The notes beneath the pieces were generated by a model. It did not search any database and had not been told where the DNA came from. It saw nothing but the letters and a program-made list of their open reading frames with translations. From assembly GCA_965203055.1 (NCBI GenBank), contig OZ241863.1:4288001-4352000 (forward strand): a stretch of DNA of 64,000 nucleotides, in the 5' to 3' direction. This DNA is from Spirochaetia bacterium. Its GTDB lineage: Bacteria > Spirochaetota > Spirochaetia > SZUA-6 > Bin103. This document shows, piece by piece, positions 9,670-19,572 of this stretch (its first letter is position 1; the number at the start of each line of letters is the position of its first letter). A program made the translations under genes and the position numbers.

Positions 9670-10542
9670 CTAGGCGGCCGGAAGGCCGTAGACCCGTACC
9701 GCGTTGTGGCGCAGCACGCGGGCGCGTTCGGCGGCGGTGAGGTCCGGCGCGGAACCGAGCATGGCGGCGTACGCTTCGCCGTAGCTGCCGCCCACCAGCT
9801 CCGGCGGCCAGTTGCTGCCCCACAGCAGCCGCTCGCTGCCGAACGCCTCGAACAGCACCGCGGCGGCGCGGCGCAGTTGCTCCCGGTCGCAGCGTGGATG
9901 GCAGTGCAGGAAGAAGGAGGAGTACTTCACCACCACGTTGGGAACCGCCGCCAAGTCGCGTACGTGCCGTTCCCACGGCGTCAGGTCGCCGCTGCGGAAC
10001 GGCGGCAGCCCGCAGTGGTTGAGCACGAAGGTCAGCCCCTCGTGGCGGCGCGCGAACCGGCCAACCGCCGGGATCAGCGAGTGCTCCACCAGGATGTCCA
10101 GCACCAGGCCGCGCCGCTGCAGCTCGCGCGCGCCGCGGTCGGCCGCGGCGTCTTCCTCCCACCGCTCGGGCGGGAGCTGCGGTTGACTGCGGATGCCAAC
10201 GAACCACGGCTTGCCGGCGTAGGCGTCCAGCCACTCCGCGAGGCGCGGCGAGGTAATGCCGTAGCTGCCCACCAGCCCCAGCACGTCGGCGTGCTGCTCG
10301 CACATCGCCCCCCACTCCAGGTTGTGGCGGTGCGAGTCGGGCGCCGCGCCCACGATCACCGCGCCCTCGGCGCCGATGGCGGCCAGTTCGGGCCGCAGGT
10401 GGTGCGGCAGGTAGTCGCGGCGCAGGTAATCGCGCCCGCGAAACCAGCCGTCGTAACCGCGATAGCCGGCCAGCTCCCAGAAGTGGACGTGGGTATCGAT
10501 CGGCCTCACCCCGCCGTTACCGGCCCCATCCGCACTGTTCAT
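9670..10542 (-). CDS. Amidohydrolase-2 family (L-fuconolactonase-like)
   Basis: IDTHVHFW, LRRDYLP, FVLNHCGLP, FGSERLLWGSNWP, NAVRVYGL. Confidence 0.88.
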   Translation of the reverse strand: MNSADGAGNGGVRPIDTHVHFWELAGYRGYDGWFRGRDYLRRDYLPHHLRPELAAIGAEGAVIVGAAPDSHRHNLEWGAMCEQHADVLGLVGSYGITSPRLAEWLDAYAGKPWFVGIRSQPQLPPERWEEDAAADRGARELQRRGLVLDILVEHSLIPAVGRFARRHEGLTFVLNHCGLPPFRSGDLTPWERHVRDLAAVPNVVVKYSSFFLHCHPRCDREQLRRAAAVLFEAFGSERLLWGSNWPPELVGGSYGEAYAAMLGSAPDLTAAERARVLRHNAVRVYGLPAA

Positions 10543-10568
10543 GCCCCGAGTCTGGCCGACGACGACCT

Positions 10569-10706
10569 CCAAAGTCACTAGCCGAACCGAAGGGGCAGGA
10601 CGGACTGGTACGGCTCCGAGTAGGCGGCTGGCGTGTCATAATGCGCGACGATACTGTCCTGCGGATTCTGAACGTATCCAGCAGAGGCAGCGCCTACCAG
10701 GAGTGA
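10569..10706 (+). pseudogene. 5'-truncated RelE/ParE family toxin remnant
   Basis: Hand translation: PKSLAEPKGQDGLVRLRVGGWRVIMRDDTVLRILNVSSRGSAYQE*, matching the RelE RLRVGxWRVI...RG.xY C-terminus; N-terminal half absent; directly upstream of an XRE antitoxin. Confidence 0.75.
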
Positions 10707-10724
10707 GTGCCTTGAAACGAGACG

Positions 10725-11075
10725 GTGACGATACCCAGGGCTGAGTATGAGCGGCTGCGTGCTCTGGAGGAGGATTTGGCTGACATCCAGGCTGCGCTGG
10801 CGGTGGAGGCCAGGCTCGCCTCGGGGAAAGAAGAGATGATACCGGCCTTCGTGGTCGACCGCCTCCTCGACGGCGAGCCCCCGTTGCGGGTGTGGCGCGA
10901 ATTTCGGAATCTTACTCAGTCCGATCTGGCCCGTATCAGCGGTGTCGACCGGACCCAGATCGTAGACATCGATGCGGGGCGCAAAGACGGTTCGGTATTC
11001 ACCCTGCGCAAACTCGCCGCCGCCCTTCGCGTTTCCGTGGACGACATCATACCAGCAGCAGATACCCCGACCTGA
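10725..11075 (+). CDS. XRE-family HTH antitoxin/regulator (HigA-like)
   Basis: TIPRAEYERL...EDLADI, RLLDGEPPLRVWREFRNLTQSDLARISGV, LRKLAAALRVSVDDI. Confidence 0.85.
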   Translation: MTIPRAEYERLRALEEDLADIQAALAVEARLASGKEEMIPAFVVDRLLDGEPPLRVWREFRNLTQSDLARISGVDRTQIVDIDAGRKDGSVFTLRKLAAALRVSVDDIIPAADTPT

Positions 11076-11173
11076 CAGCCGATTCACTCCCCGTCGCCAG
11101 CTCCGTACATACCGCTGACTTGTCGCTACGTGCGCCGCCCTGACCTGACCGTCGCTGACCGGCGGCGGCGCGG

Positions 11174-12028
11174 CTAGCGGGCGGCGCGGTCCCAGCCTTG
11201 GCGGATGGTGTCGTAGCCGACGCGGTAGACCTCTTCGTTGCTGGCCGAGAAGTCGCGCCACACGCAGGTGGTGGCGGCCAGCTCCGGCAGGGTGCGCCCG
11301 AACGCCTCGATGGTGAGCCAGCCGTCGTAGCCGCCGCCCCGCAGCGCGCGGAAGGTGGCGTCCCACGGCACGTGGCCGCGCCCCGGCGTGCCGCGGTCGT
11401 TCTCGGAGACGTGGACGTGCTCGATCAGCGGCAGGTGCGGCGCAATTACCCCAACCGGATCCTTCTCCTCCAGGTTGGCGTGGAAGGTGTCGTACATCAG
11501 GCGGAAGTTGGGATGATCGACCCGCCGCACGTGGGCCGCGGCGGCGGCCAGGGTATTGAGGAAGTAGCACTCGAACCGGTTCAGCGCCTCGACCGCCAGC
11601 GGAATCTGCGCCTGCGCGGCGTACTCCGCGGCCTGGCGGTGCGCGGTGGCGGCGCGCTGCTGCTCGTCGGCCGTGGGGCCGGTGCCGGTGAACTGGCCCA
11701 GCGGCTGATAGAACGGGCCGCACAGCAACTCCGCCCCCAGCGCCGCGGCGCAATCCACCGCCCACTTGAGATGATCCACGCCGGCCGCGCGGCGCGCGGG
11801 ATCGGCGCTGAGGATGTTCCGTTCCTGATCGGGAAGGATGGTGACCGCGGTGCGGCGCAGCTCGTGGCCGTCCAGTTCGCGCGCGACCCGGGCGTAGTGT
11901 TGCGGGGTGCCCTCGAAGATCTCCAGCTCGACGCCGTCGTAGCCGGTCTGCTTGAGGGGGGCGAACAGCGGGAAGTGCTCCTCGGTCACGAACGGGGTCC
12001 AGAGCAGCATGTTGAAGCCAATCTGCAT
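11174..12028 (-). CDS. Sugar phosphate isomerase/epimerase (D-psicose/D-tagatose 3-epimerase family)
   Basis: GYDGVEL, VEALNRFECYFLN, YDTFHANLEE, HVHVSENDRGTPGRGHVPW, GWLTIEAF. Confidence 0.9.
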   Translation of the reverse strand: MQIGFNMLLWTPFVTEEHFPLFAPLKQTGYDGVELEIFEGTPQHYARVARELDGHELRRTAVTILPDQERNILSADPARRAAGVDHLKWAVDCAAALGAELLCGPFYQPLGQFTGTGPTADEQQRAATAHRQAAEYAAQAQIPLAVEALNRFECYFLNTLAAAAAHVRRVDHPNFRLMYDTFHANLEEKDPVGVIAPHLPLIEHVHVSENDRGTPGRGHVPWDATFRALRGGGYDGWLTIEAFGRTLPELAATTCVWRDFSASNEEVYRVGYDTIRQGWDRAAR

Positions 12029-12092
12029 GGTCCTGCGACGTTACCCGGTTGCGCTATGAGTGGCAAAGGGCCGGGCGCTATGATGCGCCGCG

Positions 12093-13085
12093 ATGGCTCG
12101 CTGGGCGCGCGGCGGCGCATGGTTCGCCAAGAACTGGTTTCTCCTCGGGCTGCTGGCGGCGGTAGCGCTGGGCCTGGCGGCGCCGCGCGCCGGCACCGCG
12201 GCGAGCCTGAACGGCGCGACCGCGACCGCGCTGGTGATGGTGCTGTTCTTTCTGTCCGGCGCGAGCCTGCCCACCGAGGCGATCCGCGCCGGCCTGCGCG
12301 ACGTGCGCCTGCACCTGTTCCTGCAACTGTTCATCTTCGCCGCGGTGCCGCTCTACTTCGCCGCCGGCGCGGCGCTGCTGTGGCGCAACGCCGACCCGCG
12401 GCTGGTCGCCGGCATCTACGCGCTGGCGGTGCTGCCAACCACCGTGTCGAGCTGCATCGTGTTTACCCAGCTCGCCGGCGGCAACGTGGTCGCCACCATC
12501 TTCAACGCCTCGCTGGCCAACATGGCCGGGGTGTTCCTCTCGCCGCTGCTGTTGTCGCTGCTGCTGCAACAGAGCGGCCGCGCCCTGCCCGCCGACGAGT
12601 TGTTGCGCGTGCTCGTCGCGCTGTCGGTCAAGATGCTCCTGCCGGTGGCGCTCGGTCAGTTGGCGCGCGCGCGGCTGCGGGAAACCGTGCGCCGCTGCCG
12701 CCGGGGGATTTCGGTGTTCATGAACGCGGCCATCGTGGTGATCATCTGGTTCTCATTCTCACGCCCGGCGCTGGATCCCGCCTTCGCCGCGTCGCTGCTG
12801 CGGCTGTGGCCCCTGTTCGGCTACCTGGTGGTGTCCCACCTGCTGCTGCTCGGCGCAGTCTGGGGAATCAGCCGCGCGCTGCGGCTGGACCGGGCCAATA
12901 CCTGCACCGCCCTGTTCGTAGCGCCGCAGAAGACCCTGGCCATGGGCGCCCCGCTGCTCAGCACCTACTTCGCCGCCATGCCGGACCAGCTCGGCATGGC
13001 GCTGCTGCCCCTGATCGTCTATCACTTGTGGCAATTGACCGTCGCCGGCTTCCTGCCGCGCCTGCTCAGACCCGCCGACGATTGA
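12093..13085 (+). CDS. Bile acid:sodium symporter family (SBF-like) transporter
   Basis: KNWFLLGL, LPTTVSSCIVFTQLAGGN, NMAGVFLSPLL, QKTLAMGAPL, PLIVYHLWQL. Confidence 0.88.
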   Translation: MARWARGGAWFAKNWFLLGLLAAVALGLAAPRAGTAASLNGATATALVMVLFFLSGASLPTEAIRAGLRDVRLHLFLQLFIFAAVPLYFAAGAALLWRNADPRLVAGIYALAVLPTTVSSCIVFTQLAGGNVVATIFNASLANMAGVFLSPLLLSLLLQQSGRALPADELLRVLVALSVKMLLPVALGQLARARLRETVRRCRRGISVFMNAAIVVIIWFSFSRPALDPAFAASLLRLWPLFGYLVVSHLLLLGAVWGISRALRLDRANTCTALFVAPQKTLAMGAPLLSTYFAAMPDQLGMALLPLIVYHLWQLTVAGFLPRLLRPADD

Positions 13086-13149
13086 CCGGGCGCTCGCCCC
13101 GCGCCGGCCAACCGTGTACGGGACGACCCGCGGAGATGGTTCCTGGCGG

Positions 13150-13875
13150 CTAGAACATCTTGGCGTCGCTGCGGCGGAAGGAGGCGGCGCTCAGGCCCTG
13201 CTCGCGGGCGAGACGGCGGCCGGCGGCCGCCCAGCGGAAGCCGCGCCGCATCAGCTCGAGCGGCGCTTCCTGGGCCATGACGTCAGCCTTGTGGCCCAGC
13301 GAGTTGTAGAACACCCGCCCGGCGCCCCAGCGCTTGGTCCACACCACCGGCATGTCCACCGGCCCGTTGCTGCTGTGGTACCAGTCCACCATCGGGAAGC
13401 GAGTGGTGGCCAGCACCTCCACGGCCGGATCGACGTGCAGGTAGTACTGCTCCGAGCGGACCTTGAAGTCGTCCATGCCGGCGGTAATCTCGCTGGAACC
13501 GGGCCGCAGGTTCACGACGTACTCCACGCCGTCGCCGCCCGGGTGCGACACCCAGTTGCCGCCGGTCATGAACTGCCATTGCACCGAGTCGCGGAACGCA
13601 TCGCACATGCCGCCGTGGCAACCGGCCAGCCCGACGCCGTCGGCGACCGCCTCCACCACCGGCTCCACCTGCTCGCGGGTGATGCTCCCCATGGTCCACA
13701 GGGGGACGATCAGGTCCAGCTCGCCCAGGCCCTCATGGTCCCGGAAACGGTCCAGCGCGGCGGCCACTTCGACGGCGAACCCCTCCGCCTCCAGCACCCC
13801 GCGAAACAGCTCCGCGGTCTGCTCCGGCTCGTGGCCCAGCCAGCCGCCCCATACGATCAACGCTTGCTGCTGCAT
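13150..13875 (-). CDS. ThuA domain protein
   Basis: ALIVWGGWLGHEP, GCHGGMCDAFR, SEQYYLHVDP, GRVFYNSLGH; ATG at 13875. Confidence 0.9.
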   Translation of the reverse strand: MQQQALIVWGGWLGHEPEQTAELFRGVLEAEGFAVEVAAALDRFRDHEGLGELDLIVPLWTMGSITREQVEPVVEAVADGVGLAGCHGGMCDAFRDSVQWQFMTGGNWVSHPGGDGVEYVVNLRPGSSEITAGMDDFKVRSEQYYLHVDPAVEVLATTRFPMVDWYHSSNGPVDMPVVWTKRWGAGRVFYNSLGHKADVMAQEAPLELMRRGFRWAAAGRRLAREQGLSAASFRRSDAKMF

Positions 13876-13993
13876 TACGCGCCGATGGTACCCTGCCGCC
13901 GCCGCTCGCTCAAACCCCGCCCCGGCGGCGGCACGCGGCGCCGCATCGTCGCGCTTCTCGACCGGACCCGAATAGGGTACCGTGCCCCGAGCC

Positions 13994-16150
13994 ATGGGAG
14001 CAGACGAGTTGCCGGCGCCGGCGCTGCCGGCGGACTATGCCGAGCGGGTCTACGCCGGGGTGCTCGGCAAGATCATCGGCGTCTACCTCGGGCGCCCGAT
14101 CGAGGGTTGGCTGCACGAACGGATCGAGGCGGAGCTGGGGGAGATCACCGGTTACGTGCACGAGCGCCTCGGCCGGCCCCTGGTCGTGCCGGACGACGAC
14201 ATATCCGGCACCTTCATCTTCATCCGCGCCCTGGAAGACGAAGCGGGCGGCCGGGAGATTACCCCGGCGGCGATCGGCCGCGCCTGGTTGAACTATCTGA
14301 TCGAGGAACGCACGGTGCTGTGGTGGGGCGGCTTCGGCAACGCCACCGCCCACACCGCGTATCTGCGCCTCAAGCGGGGGCTGGAGCCACCGGCGAGCGG
14401 CGCCGCGGCGACCAACGGGCAGGTAGTCGCGGAGCAGATCGCGGCCCAGATCTTCGTCGATAGCTGGGCGCTGGCGGCGCCCGGCGACCCGGAGCTGGCG
14501 GCCGATCTGGCGCGCCGCGCGGCCTGCGTCTCCTCCGACGGCGCCGCGGTCCACGGCGCCCAGGTAGTGGCGGCAATGGAGGCGGCGGCGTTCACCGAGC
14601 CCGACGTCGAGCGCCTGCTGGACACGGCGCTGGCCCTCATTCCCGGCGACTCGATCATTGCCCGCCTGATCCACGACGTGCGCGAGTGGCACCAGGCCGA
14701 CGGCGGTGACCGCTGGCGGGACACCTTCCGCCGCATCCGCGAGCGCTACGGCTACGACCGCTACGGCGGCAACTGCCACGTGGTGCCCAACCACGCGCTG
14801 GTCATCCTGGCGCTCCTGGCCGGCGCCGGCGACTTCGACCGGTCGTTGCTGATCGCCAACACCGCCGGCTGGGACACCGACTGCAACTCCGGCACGGTGG
14901 GCTGCCTGCTGGGGGTGCGCGGCGGCCTGGCGGCGATCGGCGAACGCTGGCGCGCGCCGGTGGCGGACCGCCTCTACCTGCCGAGCGCCGACGCCGGCGG
15001 GGTGGTCACCGACGCCACCCGGGTGGCGGACCGCCTGGCGGCCCTCGGTCACCGCCTTGCCGGGACGGCGCCGCCGGACCGCGCCGCCCGCAAGGGAGGA
15101 GCGCGCTTCCACTTCGAGTACCCCGGTTCGCTGCAGGGGTTTCGAGTGACCTCGGGCGCCGGAGTGGTGGTGGAAAACGTGGCCGGCCACAGCGCCGGCG
15201 GAACCCGCTCGCTGGCGCTGCGCCTGCCCGCCCGCGGCGCCGGCGCGCAGGTGCGGGTGACGACGCCGACCTTCTTTCCGCTCACCGCGCAGCTCGGCGG
15301 CGGCTACGGCCTGCACGGCTCGCCGGCGCTGCACCCCGGCCAGCGGCTGCGGTACGCGGTCAGCGCCGACGCCGGCAACCGGGAAGCGCTGCGCCTTGCG
15401 CCGGTAACCGAGGCCGCTACCGAGCAGGGCGTCCGCCACCTGCCGGGACCGCCCCTCACGCTCGCTCCGGGCGCATCCGCCGACGCCGCCTGGGTGGTGC
15501 CGGAAACCGGCGGCGACCCGCTCGCGGAGGTGGGTCTGCAATTCACCGGTCCCGGCGCCGGCGGCACCGTGTACCTCGACTACCTGGGGTGGGACGGCGT
15601 GCCATGCGCCCGGCTCGGCCGACCCGGCGGCGCACCTGCGGCCGGCGGGCGCCCGCTCACGCGCGAGCAACCTTGGCGCCGCGCCTGGGCCGACGGCGTC
15701 GACCAGTTCGAGAATCGCGCGCGGGCGGAGGATTTTCGCCTGCTTCAGAACCGCGGCACGGGCCTGCTGATCCGCGGCGACCGCGAGTGGCGGGACTACG
15801 CGTTCGCCGCCACCGTGCGGATTCACATGGCCCGCGCCGGCGGCATCGGCGTCCGCGTCCAGGGGATGCGGCGCTACTACGCGCTGCTGGTCACCGGCAG
15901 CGGCCTGGTGCGGCTGGTACGCCGCCGGCACCAGGAAGCGGTACTGGCCGAGACCCGGTTGCGCGGCCGTCCCGACCAGCCGCACCGCCTGATCCTGGCG
16001 GTGCGCGGCACCACGCTCACCGGCTGCGTCGACGGCGAGACGGTGTGTTCGGCCTCCGACTCGATGCTCGACGGCGGTGCGGTAGCGCTGCTGTGCGAGG
16101 AGGGCCGCGTGGAGGTGAGTGACGTCAAGATCGGCCCCGAACCGCCCTAG
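13994..16150 (+). CDS. ADP-ribosylglycohydrolase family protein with C-terminal beta-sandwich domains
   Basis: DYAERVYAGVLGKIIGVYLGRPIEGW, PDDDISGT, GWDTDCNSGTVG. Confidence 0.85.
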   Translation: MGADELPAPALPADYAERVYAGVLGKIIGVYLGRPIEGWLHERIEAELGEITGYVHERLGRPLVVPDDDISGTFIFIRALEDEAGGREITPAAIGRAWLNYLIEERTVLWWGGFGNATAHTAYLRLKRGLEPPASGAAATNGQVVAEQIAAQIFVDSWALAAPGDPELAADLARRAACVSSDGAAVHGAQVVAAMEAAAFTEPDVERLLDTALALIPGDSIIARLIHDVREWHQADGGDRWRDTFRRIRERYGYDRYGGNCHVVPNHALVILALLAGAGDFDRSLLIANTAGWDTDCNSGTVGCLLGVRGGLAAIGERWRAPVADRLYLPSADAGGVVTDATRVADRLAALGHRLAGTAPPDRAARKGGARFHFEYPGSLQGFRVTSGAGVVVENVAGHSAGGTRSLALRLPARGAGAQVRVTTPTFFPLTAQLGGGYGLHGSPALHPGQRLRYAVSADAGNREALRLAPVTEAATEQGVRHLPGPPLTLAPGASADAAWVVPETGGDPLAEVGLQFTGPGAGGTVYLDYLGWDGVPCARLGRPGGAPAAGGRPLTREQPWRRAWADGVDQFENRARAEDFRLLQNRGTGLLIRGDREWRDYAFAATVRIHMARAGGIGVRVQGMRRYYALLVTGSGLVRLVRRRHQEAVLAETRLRGRPDQPHRLILAVRGTTLTGCVDGETVCSASDSMLDGGAVALLCEEGRVEVSDVKIGPEPP

Positions 16151-16194
16151 CGCGGCAGTTCGGGGCCGGGATCGTTAGCCGGGTTGCGGCGCCT

Positions 16195-17037
16195 CTACAT
16201 CGCCTGGTTGGATTCCGGCGCCTCGAAGTCCGGGGCCGGCTCCGCGCCGTGGCGGCGGTCGAAGCGCTTCTTCAGCCCGTCGAACATGCCGCGCAGCTTG
16301 TCCATGTCGTCGGCGTCGAACCACGGCACCGGCTGGTAGCGCACGCCGAGCATTGCGCCGCCGGTTTCCGGGTGCTCGCCCAGGTTCACGGTAGCGGTCA
16401 TCGGTTCGCCGTCGCGCTCATATTCCACGCTTATGTCGTCGCCCGGGTCGTAACTGCCAATGAGGTCCGCCAGCCCGGACTCGCCGATCTCTTCGCCGTC
16501 GACCGCGGTGATCCAGTCTCCCTTCTGCAGTCCGGCAGCCGCGGCGGGACCATCCTCGACCACCTCCATCACCTTCGCCCCGGACATGCCGGCCATCTTG
16601 TCGCCGAACCGGAACATCCACGCTCGGGGCATCCGGTCCATCCGTTCCATCCGGTCCATTCGACCCATCCGGCCCCGGCGGTCGAAGTCGTCATGCCGGG
16701 CGCCCGCGCCGAGCACCACCAGCCCCAGCCGGGGATGGCCCCAGACACGCGCGATCGATACGGAAAGGTCGCGTACCTCGTCGCCGTGCTTGACGGTGAG
16801 GCTGACCTGCGGCTGCTCGGTGTCCGCCAGGGCCTCCATCAGGTCGCGCCCGGCGGCCACCGGCTGCCCGTCGATGCTGAGAATCAGGTCGCCGCGCTCG
16901 ATACCGGCGGCAGCCGCCGGACCGTCAGGATCGACGGCCGTTACCAGAATGCCGTCCTGCTCGTGCTGATCGGCCGCCAGCGGCAACCCGACCGCCAGCA
17001 ACAAGACCGCAGCACCCGCTCGAATCATGGTCTTCAT
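16195..17037 (-). CDS. Exported tandem-PDZ domain protein
   Basis: Signal peptide; two PDZ repeats (VDPDGPAAAAGIERGDLILSIDG; VVEDGPAAAAGLQKGDWITAVDG); no protease domain. Confidence 0.85.
   Translation of the reverse strand: MKTMIRAGAAVLLLAVGLPLAADQHEQDGILVTAVDPDGPAAAAGIERGDLILSIDGQPVAAGRDLMEALADTEQPQVSLTVKHGDEVRDLSVSIARVWGHPRLGLVVLGAGARHDDFDRRGRMGRMDRMERMDRMPRAWMFRFGDKMAGMSGAKVMEVVEDGPAAAAGLQKGDWITAVDGEEIGESGLADLIGSYDPGDDISVEYERDGEPMTATVNLGEHPETGGAMLGVRYQPVPWFDADDMDKLRGMFDGLKKRFDRRHGAEPAPDFEAPESNQAM
16630..16674. repeat. 9-bp imperfect tandem repeat x5 encoding (G/D/E)RM
   Basis: catccggtc catccgttc catccggtc cattcgacc catccggcc. Confidence 0.85.
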
Positions 17038-17165
17038 TTGGAAACCTCCATGAAGCGTTGATGCAAAGGAAGCTACCGCACCGGTTTTGCAAGCCGGTTA
17101 GCGGGCCGTTAGGGTTTCTTTATAAACGGCGGCCGGACGCCGCCAGACCGGACGCCCGGGCGCGG

Positions 17166-18677
17166 TCAGAAGCTGCCGACGCCCAGGGCGGCGCCCAGGG
17201 TGAACGCGACGAACTCGCGGTACTCGGTGGCGCCGGTGCCGTAGCCAACTCTGGCACCGGCGGAAAGCCGGGCATATTCCAGCACCTGGTAGCTGAGCAG
17301 GGGCCGCACGATCCCGGAGCCGTCGCTCAGATTGGCCAGCCAGAACAGGGATGCGTCGAAGTCGCTGTCGGCGATGCCGTTCCAGGCGGCGCTGGCGCCG
17401 GCGTAGTGGTTGCCGAAGAACAGCAGGTCCACCGCTTCCGGCTTCGGCCCGGTGCGCGGCGGGCCGGCTCCGGCGGACGCGTTCAGCGCCTCGCGGGCGG
17501 GCCCGAGGGCAGCGCTGTCCGGGTAGCCAAGCGGATTGTAGTAGTACTGCGCGGCCAGCACGACGTTGGGATCGGAGGAGCGGTAGGAGGCGCCGGCGGT
17601 GGCCGCCGGAAACCATTCATCGGCGCGCGCGGCGCGGCCGGTCACCAGCAACCTGCCGGCGGCGTCCAGTTCGATCCGGTTGCGCTCGGTGCCGCGCTGA
17701 ATCACCAGTTCCCCGAACAGGTCGAACTCTCCGGCCGCGCCGGTGGCGGTCGCGAATGCCTTGGGCACCAGGTCGGCCTGGATCATCCCGCCGGCGCCCA
17801 ACTCCACCCCTTCGATCACCAGTTCCGCGCGCGCGCCGGCGGCCACGTCCAGCGGGTCGCGGTAGTCGCCGGTAATCAGGTAAAGGTAGGCGTTGTGCAC
17901 CGCGATGGGGGCGTGCACCTTCAGGGCCACCGGCCCCTCTCGTTCCGCCTCCGGGTCGAGCGGGTCGATCGTCACCAGACTCATCAGGTCGGCCGGGCTG
18001 AAGAACCGGCCCACGCCCCAGTCGGCGCGCTGCTTGCCGGCGCGGAAGAAGATCCGCTCCTCCCAGTGGAAGTCGGCGAACAGCTCGAACATGGTGAAGT
18101 TGAACCGGCCGGCGGCACTTGCGCCCGCGCCGGCCTGGCCCGCCGGGGCGGCCTCGCCGGCCGCAGCGCCCGCGGGAGCGCCGGGAACCGGCAGCGCGTA
18201 GTCGATCTTGGCCTTGCCGAACACCCGGAAGTCGCTGTTGGGACGGGCATCGAAGTACAACTGCGCGGCCAGGTCGTGGCGCAGCGCCCGCTCGGCGGCG
18301 CGCTCGCCGCGCAGCGCCGCGGACATCGCGTCGTAGCTGGGAAAGCTGAGCTCGACCTCCGGCGCGTAACGGAACGACCCGCCCCAGTCGACGCCGGCAG
18401 AGGTCAGCAGCGCCTGATCCGGCGCGGCCGCGGCTCCGGCGCCGCCGGCCGCGGCCTCGATCTCGAACAGCGCGTCCGGATCACCGGCCCCGGCACCGTC
18501 CGCGGCGGCGTCGCCGCCCTCCTCCCCCGGCTGCTCCTCGATCATCTCGGCGTCGAACAGGGCATCGAGGCTGTCGCCGCCGTTGCCGCCAGCGGCGTCG
18601 CTCTGGCCCCACGCGGCCGCCGCCAACAACGCCAGCGCCAGCGCGACCGCGGGCGCGCGGCGGCTTCGATTCATCAA
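17166..18677 (-). CDS. Putative outer-membrane beta-barrel protein
   Basis: Signal peptide, alternating beta-strand pattern, FRAGKQRADWGVGRFFSPADL, C-terminal Phe; last gene of the Lol-like operon. Confidence 0.65.
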   Translation of the reverse strand: MMNRSRRAPAVALALALLAAAAWGQSDAAGGNGGDSLDALFDAEMIEEQPGEEGGDAAADGAGAGDPDALFEIEAAAGGAGAAAAPDQALLTSAGVDWGGSFRYAPEVELSFPSYDAMSAALRGERAAERALRHDLAAQLYFDARPNSDFRVFGKAKIDYALPVPGAPAGAAAGEAAPAGQAGAGASAAGRFNFTMFELFADFHWEERIFFRAGKQRADWGVGRFFSPADLMSLVTIDPLDPEAEREGPVALKVHAPIAVHNAYLYLITGDYRDPLDVAAGARAELVIEGVELGAGGMIQADLVPKAFATATGAAGEFDLFGELVIQRGTERNRIELDAAGRLLVTGRAARADEWFPAATAGASYRSSDPNVVLAAQYYYNPLGYPDSAALGPAREALNASAGAGPPRTGPKPEAVDLLFFGNHYAGASAAWNGIADSDFDASLFWLANLSDGSGIVRPLLSYQVLEYARLSAGARVGYGTGATEYREFVAFTLGAALGVGSF

Positions 18678-19477
18678 CGGTTCACCCGCTCCAGGTAGCT
18701 CTTGCTGAACACCGAGTCGGGCAACTGCGCCAACGAAGTGTTGGCCATCGTCACCTGGGTGCGCTCGCCCTCCTTCAGCTCATCCACGAACAACATCTGC
18801 GAAGGCAGGAAGCGGTCCTCCACGCGCACGTACTTGGGGAAGTAGTCGCTGCGCATCAGCCTCCCCGACAGGCTGAAGTTCTGCGCCTTGAGCACCAGCT
18901 CGTTGTCGCGCCGCACCCACAGCTTCTGGCGCGGAAAGGCAACCTCGTTGTGGCGCGCGCTGAGTTCCAGGACGTATACGTCGTAGCGGCCGAGCCGCCC
19001 TTCGGCGGCCGACTCCACGACGTAGTCTTCCGCCAGCGAGGATTCGTTCAGGTCGCCGTTGCGCGCCTCGGAGTCCTGCAGGTTCTCGCGCATGGAAGAG
19101 TGAGAGAACTTGCGGCTGTCCGGGTCGTAGAACCACAGGTTGTCGTCCACCTGCAAGTAGCCCTGGCCGCGCTGCACGTCCGGCTCCAGGAATACGATCA
19201 CGAACTTGTCCTCGGCGTCGCGGCGGAACATCTGCGCCTTGAGCACGCTGTTCTCCTCGTCCGGCTTCTCGGACACCATCGTGAAGACCGCCGCGAAGTC
19301 GGTCGCGTCGAAGCTGCGCGAGCGATCGATGGCGCGCAGCAGGTCGGTGAAGTCGGTCTCATGCTCGTCTGCCCACCCCAATGCCGGAATCAGCAGCAAC
19401 GCCGCGGCCAGCATGAGCCGCGGCCAAGCCCGCCGGCGCAGGGCGCAGGGGCGCAGGGATCGTCTTGACTCGAACAT
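18674..19477 (-). CDS. Outer membrane lipoprotein-sorting protein (LolA-like)
   Basis: FLEPDVQRGQGYLQVDDNLWFYDP, SLSGRLMR, LPDSVFSKSYLERVNR. Confidence 0.85.
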   Translation of the reverse strand: MFESRRSLRPCALRRRAWPRLMLAAALLLIPALGWADEHETDFTDLLRAIDRSRSFDATDFAAVFTMVSEKPDEENSVLKAQMFRRDAEDKFVIVFLEPDVQRGQGYLQVDDNLWFYDPDSRKFSHSSMRENLQDSEARNGDLNESSLAEDYVVESAAEGRLGRYDVYVLELSARHNEVAFPRQKLWVRRDNELVLKAQNFSLSGRLMRSDYFPKYVRVEDRFLPSQMLFVDELKEGERTQVTMANTSLAQLPDSVFSKSYLERVNR

Positions 19478-19572
19478 GAGACCTCCTCAGGGGGCGCCGG
19501 ATTCACGCCGCCCGCGGTCAATGTATCCGCCCGCTCCTGCCGCCGGCAAGAAACATTGCCGCCGGCGCGCGC

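Noticed and set aside
13994..16150. ADP-ribosylglycohydrolase as part of a toxin or defence module
   Set aside because: The context is sugar catabolism and there is no ADP-ribosyltransferase nearby.
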